DNA of 64,000 nucleotides from Fulvitalea axinellae (GTDB lineage Bacteria; Bacteroidota; Bacteroidia; Cytophagales; Cyclobacteriaceae): NCBI RefSeq assembly GCF_036492835.1, contig NZ_AP025314.1, positions 2,210,010 to 2,274,009 of the forward strand, read 5' to 3'. Shown piece by piece: positions 57,527 to 64,000 of this stretch (position 1 is its first letter; each line of letters starts with the position of its first letter). The notes under the pieces were generated by a model. It saw only the letters and a program-made list of their open reading frames with translations, ran no database searches and was not told where the DNA came from. The position numbers and the translations under genes were made by a program.

Positions 57527-60424
57527 ATGGAACTGGAAAAAGAACTGGAGAGGATAGTTGAGCGTGGAAAATGGGATGGCGGAATTAAGTTTTTGACGGA
57601 AATCGGTGCGGAAGGTCGCAAGGCGATAGCGAAAAAGGCTAAAGCTTTGGCGAAGGATTATAACCGCTATGATAACAATCTGTACGACGGCTACAAGGGA
57701 TCCGTATATCAGCGCCGGTTGCTTAGCGGTATAGTCTTCACGTGTCTGACGGAGCGGGACTTTAGCAAATTCTCGACGGTGTTTTTAAAACAAGAGGAAA
57801 TCGGAGAGCTTCTGGCCATTACCCCGACAAATTGGTTTAGTGATTATCTAAACAGGTTTGCCGAGCGAGAGGAAGGTTACGTGCCGTTAGGGATAAAATA
57901 CGATTGGTTGTTGGAAATGAGCCGGAAAGGCTGGCTGAGCCCTAGTAAAATGCTGTGGGCCAGGTGCCTGGACAGGTGGAGCCCAATTTATCGAGACAAC
58001 GAATTCTTCATGCGCCAGAGTGTAGAGATGCTGACGAAGTACGATGAGACCTTGGCCGAACATATCTGGTACTTTTTTGATACGCCTTCCGAATTTTATT
58101 ATGCGGTGGTGGACTGGACGCCGGGAAAGGCAAACGAAAGCGTTTGGTTGACTGTATTCAAGGAACTTGTCAATTTAGGGCTGGTTGACAGGGTACGTTT
58201 GATGCGGGAGTGCTTGAAAGGCACGATCCAAGGATTCAACAAACCGCAGACAGGTTGGTATATGCATTGTTTTGAAGCGATGAACCCGACGGAAAAAGAC
58301 GTCTTGGAACTGTCTGGAGAGATGATGTCAGCCTTGAGTAGTCCCCAAAGCAAGGTACCGAACACAATTCTTAAATTTTTCAAAAAACATTGTAGCGTTT
58401 CCGGTTTTGACCATGAGGCTTTTCTCGACTACGCTTCCATGCTGTTGAATCACGAGACAAAATCGGTGGTCAATAGCGCGTTGATGATTTTGGATAAGCA
58501 ACTGAAACTGCACGTTGACGGTTTTGACAGGATTGCACTGACGGTAGCGGAGGCTTTGTCTCATACGGACGCTTCGGTTCAGGTGCGGGCTTCTAAAATA
58601 TTGAAAAAATGTGCGGGAAAAACCGATGATATTCCGAGCGTTATAGCTCCGTATTCCGAGAGTCTGGTTTATGAGGCCAAAGAGTTACTTTCGGACTATC
58701 TGGAAGAAAATGAGCCCGAAAACGTGGAGGTATGGGACGAAACGGAGCCGGTAGAATCCCCGATCCGCAAGGAAAGCATATTGGAGAGCCCGAAAGATAT
58801 TGAGGCGCTGACTTTTTTGTTGACCCAAGTGTTCGAACACAATGACGATAGCCATTTCGATTTGGCTTTGGACGGAGTCGTGCGCTTGGATCAAGATTGG
58901 GCGGATTCTGATGTCTCTGTTTTGGGGCCTGTGTTACAAAAAGCCTATAAGGTTGCCAGTACGCCGTGGGAGCAGAAAATCGGACATACGAATTACCTTT
59001 TCGCTTTGTTTTTTCTCGAATATTCCGACCGTCTTATCGACCGTTTTCCGGAAGGAGCAAAAGGATTGCTGAAAATCAGAGACAAATTCTATAAAGAAAA
59101 ACAACGCTGGAAGTCGGAGAAAACTTTGGAATCCGGGGCATACAGGTTCCGAACTTGGCAAACCGACGGAAAGCTAAGTTACTCCTCCGTTTATTTTTTG
59201 TTCAAACAGCGATTGGTCGAGGCTTTGGAATTGATCGACGTTAAGTTGAATCTTCCATTATTGTCTACGCCGACGAATGACCCGCATTGGGTAGATCCGA
59301 GAGCGCTTGCGGGTAAACTAAAGTTGTGGCAAATAGCGGAAGCCAAGCCAAAACATTGGGACGCGCAATTGGCAATGAGTCGAGTCGTTTTGGAAGGGGC
59401 CGAAAGCATCTTGCCTTATATTGAAGAAGGCTTGACTGGTGAATGGCGTGACCTTTTGCTGTTCTTATTCGATAAGGAAGCCTTGCCGAAAGGAGAAATC
59501 AATAACGAAGCGCATTGGTGGACCGCTGGTGTGACGAAGGCTCCCGAAACGGAATTCAAAGCGTTTGAGAATTTTAAAATGGCTAACTCGGACCGCAAGC
59601 TTTATAGCGGTGACTATGACTGGCGGATGAAGGACGACTTTGTCAAGGAGTGGGGCTGGGATGCGAAATTGAAAAAATATAGAGAATTGGAAATTCCGAA
59701 AACCTCTTTGGAAATAGATATTCCGGAGCACAGGGTCCGATTGGACCAAAGCCTGCTTGCGAAGAAAATGCCTGAGATTTCGGTTTATCCGTTGCTTTAT
59801 GTTAACAACAGGTGGCATAACGGTTTGCCCAAAGACATTTCCAGAATCCTTGGACTGGCGCCTTACCGTTCCGAATTGGTTGCCGGAACTTTGCTGGCGC
59901 AATATTCCCGTTTTCCCGAGCCCGAGGGGGAAGACGACAAACGCATTATGCAACGTTTAGTCGATTTTTATAATGATCACCCTTGCGAAATGGGCGAAAT
60001 GGGGCACTTGTGTGTCGCCGCGGGATTGGTGAACTCAGATAAAACCACTAGGGCTTTGGCCTCCGAAGTATGGATTCGGCAAACGCAACGGGGCTTGTGC
60101 GATTCCGAATCGCTGGGCAAAATGTTGGGAACAATGTACTCCCGGAATTTCGCTCCAATGAAACGCCTTACCGACACGTTGACACAACAGTTATTGCATA
60201 TGTCTCCATGGTTGGATTTGCGCCTACAGACGGTTTTGGAAAATGCTTTGGCAAAACTGCCAAACGATCCGGTAAGAGGCTTGAAAAAACTTTTGGAACA
60301 ATATCAGGAGCTGTTGAGAAAAAATAAATCCAGTGTGCCGGAAACCCTGAATGGAAAGTTGGACGCTTGGGCGGAGACGAAAAGTTTGGCAAAGACGGTC
60401 AAATCTTTAATGGCAATGGCCTGA
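57527..60424 (+). CDS. Large helical protein, paralog 1 of 3 (possibly DUF4132/YehI-like); translationally close to the SWIM gene
   Basis: 965 aa, starting 13 bp after the SWIM stop. It shares blocks with paralog 2 (RLIDRFPEGAKGL vs LLIERFPEGSKTL; LPLLSTPTNDPHWVDP vs LPLLASPTHKPAWICP; GLKKLLEQYQELL vs GLKALLEIYGELV). Confidence 0.75.
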   Translation: MELEKELERIVERGKWDGGIKFLTEIGAEGRKAIAKKAKALAKDYNRYDNNLYDGYKGSVYQRRLLSGIVFTCLTERDFSKFSTVFLKQEEIGELLAITPTNWFSDYLNRFAEREEGYVPLGIKYDWLLEMSRKGWLSPSKMLWARCLDRWSPIYRDNEFFMRQSVEMLTKYDETLAEHIWYFFDTPSEFYYAVVDWTPGKANESVWLTVFKELVNLGLVDRVRLMRECLKGTIQGFNKPQTGWYMHCFEAMNPTEKDVLELSGEMMSALSSPQSKVPNTILKFFKKHCSVSGFDHEAFLDYASMLLNHETKSVVNSALMILDKQLKLHVDGFDRIALTVAEALSHTDASVQVRASKILKKCAGKTDDIPSVIAPYSESLVYEAKELLSDYLEENEPENVEVWDETEPVESPIRKESILESPKDIEALTFLLTQVFEHNDDSHFDLALDGVVRLDQDWADSDVSVLGPVLQKAYKVASTPWEQKIGHTNYLFALFFLEYSDRLIDRFPEGAKGLLKIRDKFYKEKQRWKSEKTLESGAYRFRTWQTDGKLSYSSVYFLFKQRLVEALELIDVKLNLPLLSTPTNDPHWVDPRALAGKLKLWQIAEAKPKHWDAQLAMSRVVLEGAESILPYIEEGLTGEWRDLLLFLFDKEALPKGEINNEAHWWTAGVTKAPETEFKAFENFKMANSDRKLYSGDYDWRMKDDFVKEWGWDAKLKKYRELEIPKTSLEIDIPEHRVRLDQSLLAKKMPEISVYPLLYVNNRWHNGLPKDISRILGLAPYRSELVAGTLLAQYSRFPEPEGEDDKRIMQRLVDFYNDHPCEMGEMGHLCVAAGLVNSDKTTRALASEVWIRQTQRGLCDSESLGKMLGTMYSRNFAPMKRLTDTLTQQLLHMSPWLDLRLQTVLENALAKLPNDPVRGLKKLLEQYQELLRKNKSSVPETLNGKLDAWAETKSLAKTVKSLMAMA

Positions 60425-60463
60425 TAACCGATACCCAGATTTTTCATCCTAAACGTTAGTCGA

Positions 60464-63289
60464 ATGACAACTTCCGTACAGGCTCAATTGGAAGAAATAG
60501 TAGTGCGAGGCGATGTGGAAGGCGCTTTGTCGATGTTCCGGACTTTGGATAATGAAAGTCAAAAAGGCTTGGCTCCTTTGGTCAAGAGTCTTTACGCTTA
60601 TTATAGCGAAGAGGTCGAAAATGAGAAAGACCGATGGGGCCCAAGAGCTACAAATGAGCAAGACAAAGTGTTGCATCTGGCAATGTTGTTCACTTTTCCT
60701 AAGACGGAATTATCCAAAATACCGATTTTGCGAAGCGACTTCCGGGAAGTGGAGTCTTTGCTCTCGTTTTATATCCCCGAAGGTTTTGGCGAAATGCTGA
60801 ACGAATCGGCCAAGAGAGGGTGGCTTCGCTATCGGATAACCTATGGATGGGTAATGAGCCTGAAGGAACGGGGGATACTTGATCCTTGCCCTGAACTGAT
60901 TGTGCGTACGCTTTTGCCATGTATTGGCGGTGTGACACCCAAGGGGCGAGAGATATTCAGTATCGAGAGGTTATATGAATTCCCGGAGACCTTACGATCA
61001 CATGTCTGGCTGTTTTTTAGTCATTACTCCGTCATTTTCGATCATTCGGCAGTGGGTGCGGAAGGAGAGAAACGTACCTGGAAAAATGCGTTTTTGACGT
61101 TATCCACTAATGGAGATCTAGATAGGTTGCGCTTATTGAGGGAATGTTTATTGGCCGTCCCGCGTAATCTTAGCAAGTTTTTGAATAATTGGTATTTGGA
61201 ACTTTTCAAGGATTTGAATCCAAAAGCTTCGGAGATTCTGGGCTTGCAGACGGAACTGAACGCTTTGTTTTCGTTGGGGCATAACGGAGCGATGTGTTTG
61301 GCGCTTCATTCCTTGAAAAAGAGTTGTACCCATCCCGATTTTTCCCGGCAGGAATTTCTTGAAAATTGTCCTTTGGCTCTGGCCAGCCAAACTTTGGGTG
61401 TAATTAATGAATGTATTTCCGTTTTGGATAAATTAACCGGGAAATATCCAAGAGAAGCGTTAGAGGTTTTCCGGATAGCCTCCGAAGCGTTGACCCATCC
61501 GAAAGCCAATGCTCAAGTCAGGGTAGCGAGGCTGATCCGAAAACACGCTACTCTGGATTTGGAGCGGGAAATACGGGAAATGTTGGAGCCTTATTCCGAA
61601 TATGTTTGTGCGGAAGCCAAAGAGCTTTTGTCTGAATATCTCGAAAATACAGAATCAACATTACCAAAGGAGGGAAAAGGTACTTTGCCAGCGGTTTTAT
61701 CCGACGAAAACCGGATCGAATATCCTGAAAATATCGAGGAATTCGTTTTTTTCCTAAGCCAGGTATTCGATCAGCGTAATGTCCATTCTTTTGATATATT
61801 TCTGGATTCTTTGGTTCGGTTTTATCCTGAAATCAACCCTGAAGATCTGCCGAAATTCGATCCGGCATTGCAAAAATCATTAAGGGTAAGCGCGGGTGTC
61901 GCAAGTAATCGGGCTAGTTTCACCGATCGGGTTATGGCCGTTACTTTTTTGGAATATTCCGGATTGTTGATCGAGCGTTTTCCGGAGGGTAGCAAGACTT
62001 TACGGGGGCTACGCGACCGGTTTTTGAAAGCAGACAAAGCGAAACATCCCGTGAAGTATTTTCCAAATAGAGGAAATCGTTTTTATCTGGAAACCTGGAG
62101 CTTGGCAGGGCAACACCCTTTTCTCCATATCTTTTACAAACGGGCGTTAGAAGCGCTTCGACTTTTGCGTAAAGGAAAAACGCTACCCTTGCTAGCCTCT
62201 CCGACGCATAAACCCGCCTGGATTTGTCCTGATACGTTGATTGAAAAAACAAAACTATGGCAAGATGCGGGAGAGGAACTTTGCGTATTGGATTGGGAAA
62301 ACGCTATCGCAAGATTGGCATTCGAAAATAACCCAAAGATTCCGAAAAAGGCTTTGTCGGAAATTCAAGGTCAGCCGGGCGAAATATTGACTTATATGCT
62401 GAATGGGGAATCGTCAGATATAAAAAATCCAGAAAGCGTATGGTCTACGGCCTCGATCACGAAAAATGAGGAACCTGCGAAAGGTTATGTTTTTACGGAC
62501 GAACCAAGAAGATATTATTATTGGGAAACGAAACCAAAAGGAAAAGAGGAACGCAGAAAAATATTGGATTTCGAAGGCGTTGAGTATTGCCATGAAGTGG
62601 AAGATATAAGCTATCCATTCAAAGGCGAAAACATGGATGGCTTTTATTCTTCCATTGGTTTGAGTCGTGTCAAGTTAGGGCATCTGGGAATCGATACCCT
62701 GCGTTATTTGGCTTTGGCGCCCCATCATCATGAAAAGCTTTTGGCGGCGGTTGTGGCTAATGGTTTTCGTTACTCTGACAGTTTGAACGAAGCTTCCACT
62801 TGGTTGGTCTCAACTTCGGTTCTGAATTATCTTTTGGAATATAGCCAAGAGCCGTTTCAACGATCGGAAACCCTATTTCTGGCTTTGATAGCCACTGGCC
62901 CGAGCAAAGAATTGAGAGAACAATCCGTTGGGCTTTGGGAACGTGGCGTCTATTTCGGATTACTGGATGACGGGAAATTCGGAGAAGCGTTGGGGAAAAT
63001 GTATGCGATGGAATTCGTTCCCCTGAAGCGTTTTACCGATTTGGTTTCTTCATCAATGCTTAATCTTTCGGTGGAAAAGAACCAAGCTTTACGGAAGGCT
63101 CTAGAAACCATGATGACCTTGTTGGATGATAAACCGATAAAAGGGTTGAAAGCCCTTTTGGAGATTTACGGCGAATTGGTATTCGAAGCGAATACCGCTG
63201 TTCCGGATACATTAACCGAAAAATTTGAGGTTTGGGGTAAAGTAAATTCATTGAAGAGAATCATCAATCGCCTTACCGCACGGAATTAG
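60464..63289 (+). CDS. Large helical protein, paralog 2 of 3
   Basis: 941 aa. Its N-terminal approx. 150 aa are roughly half identical by eye to paralog 3 (FYIPEGFGEMLNE...LRYRITYGWVMSLKERGILDPCPELIVRTLL vs FYVPEGFGEILNE...LRYGITYPWMLSLRDRGILDPIPEMIVRTLL). Confidence 0.75.
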   Translation: MTTSVQAQLEEIVVRGDVEGALSMFRTLDNESQKGLAPLVKSLYAYYSEEVENEKDRWGPRATNEQDKVLHLAMLFTFPKTELSKIPILRSDFREVESLLSFYIPEGFGEMLNESAKRGWLRYRITYGWVMSLKERGILDPCPELIVRTLLPCIGGVTPKGREIFSIERLYEFPETLRSHVWLFFSHYSVIFDHSAVGAEGEKRTWKNAFLTLSTNGDLDRLRLLRECLLAVPRNLSKFLNNWYLELFKDLNPKASEILGLQTELNALFSLGHNGAMCLALHSLKKSCTHPDFSRQEFLENCPLALASQTLGVINECISVLDKLTGKYPREALEVFRIASEALTHPKANAQVRVARLIRKHATLDLEREIREMLEPYSEYVCAEAKELLSEYLENTESTLPKEGKGTLPAVLSDENRIEYPENIEEFVFFLSQVFDQRNVHSFDIFLDSLVRFYPEINPEDLPKFDPALQKSLRVSAGVASNRASFTDRVMAVTFLEYSGLLIERFPEGSKTLRGLRDRFLKADKAKHPVKYFPNRGNRFYLETWSLAGQHPFLHIFYKRALEALRLLRKGKTLPLLASPTHKPAWICPDTLIEKTKLWQDAGEELCVLDWENAIARLAFENNPKIPKKALSEIQGQPGEILTYMLNGESSDIKNPESVWSTASITKNEEPAKGYVFTDEPRRYYYWETKPKGKEERRKILDFEGVEYCHEVEDISYPFKGENMDGFYSSIGLSRVKLGHLGIDTLRYLALAPHHHEKLLAAVVANGFRYSDSLNEASTWLVSTSVLNYLLEYSQEPFQRSETLFLALIATGPSKELREQSVGLWERGVYFGLLDDGKFGEALGKMYAMEFVPLKRFTDLVSSSMLNLSVEKNQALRKALETMMTLLDDKPIKGLKALLEIYGELVFEANTAVPDTLTEKFEVWGKVNSLKRIINRLTARN

Positions 63290-63339
63290 GCTTTGGGAAT
63301 AAGCCTTTTTCGTTTTTTCATTTAAACTCAAAAACAGAA

Positions 63340-64000
63340 ATGAGCACCGTTTTACACGCTGATCTGAGCCATTTTATAGAGCAGGGAATGTTTGACCAAA
63401 CTATTGAACTGTTCAAAACCCTTGGTGATAAACAGCGAACCGGCTTAAGAAGCTTGGTGAAAAAATTAGTCAAGTATTATTCGGAGTACGAACAAGAAGA
63501 AGGCACCAACAGGTGGAGCTCCCGCGGTACGCCAGAGCAATGGCGGGTTTTGCACATCGCTTCCCTTTTTTGCTTTTCCAAGCGGGATATCAAGCGGATG
63601 CGGACATGGGGATATAAGATTCAGGATGTAGAAAGATTATTGGACTTTTACGTGCCCGAAGGTTTCGGTGAAATACTGAACGAGGATGCCCAAGATGAGC
63701 AGTTGCGCTATGGTATTACCTACCCGTGGATGTTGAGTTTGCGTGATCGTGGCATATTGGATCCAATTCCGGAAATGATTGTGAGGACTTTGCTAAAGCT
63801 TCCCGAGCCCGAAGGCTTGCGCCTATACCAAAACGGATATGATATGGACAACCTTCGTGAATATCCCGAGATTTTGGGCGGGCATATTTGGCTTTTGTTC
63901 CATTATCCTTCGAATATAAATTTTCATAGATGCCGAACCGAAAAGGGAGAAGACGAGACATGGGTGGATATTTTTCTTCATCTCGTCGAGCGGAAAGATA
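63340..64000 (+). CDS. Large helical protein, paralog 3 of 3 (3' end beyond window)
   Basis: ATG at 63340 (MSTVLHADLSHFIEQGMF...). It is open to the window end and clearly similar to the N-terminus of paralog 2. Confidence 0.65.
   Translation, partial: MSTVLHADLSHFIEQGMFDQTIELFKTLGDKQRTGLRSLVKKLVKYYSEYEQEEGTNRWSSRGTPEQWRVLHIASLFCFSKRDIKRMRTWGYKIQDVERLLDFYVPEGFGEILNEDAQDEQLRYGITYPWMLSLRDRGILDPIPEMIVRTLLKLPEPEGLRLYQNGYDMDNLREYPEILGGHIWLLFHYPSNINFHRCRTEKGEDETWVDIFLHLVERKD

Noticed and set aside
1-64000. Search for tRNA, rRNA, tmRNA genes and prophage structural modules
   Set aside because: No cloverleaf-compatible 70-90-nt segments with conserved T-loop (GTTCRANYC) or rRNA signatures were noticed in the intergenic regions. 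There are no capsid, terminase or tail gene candidates. The mobile region is IS/RAYT-based only.

Overview
The window is a 64-kb chromosomal segment that is almost certainly from a Bacteroidota genome. It carries a FecR-like anti-sigma fragment with a SusC/SusD pair, additional TonB-dependent receptors, a LytS/LytTR two-component pair, a tricorn-type S41 protease and a PafA-like alkaline phosphatase. Most of it is a well-packed core region of about 48-50% GC with clear rho-independent terminators between convergent genes. The core holds a Rieske oxygenase/reductase pair with a Crp regulator, a locus with two paralogous PI3K/PI4K-like atypical-kinase proteins flanking a DUF4838-like hydrolase and a lipoprotein, and a YqiJ(NfeD-like)-SRPBCC-flotillin operon. 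A 1668-aa orphan protein with a single C-terminal AAA_5/MoxR-type ATPase module follows the flotillin operon. From about 38.3 to 49.1 kb the sequence becomes AT-rich and mosaic. This stretch contains an ISAs1-family transposase, an IS30 transposase remnant, and one intact plus two decayed copies of an IS200-like REP-associated tyrosine transposase (RAYT). These are interleaved with four ~170-bp palindromic REPIN-like repeat units and several AT-rich ORFs of unknown function. After a small regulatory block (two AraC regulators, SDR, DUF2938, ADP-ribosylglycohydrolase, BNR propeller), the window ends with a SWIM zinc-finger protein followed by three tandem, diverged ~950-aa paralogs, the third running off the end. 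The SWIM plus tandem large-paralog module, the giant AAA_5 protein next to the flotillin operon, the atypical-kinase pair and the REPIN/RAYT array are the most interesting parts. No rRNA, tRNA, CRISPR or prophage structural genes were recognised.
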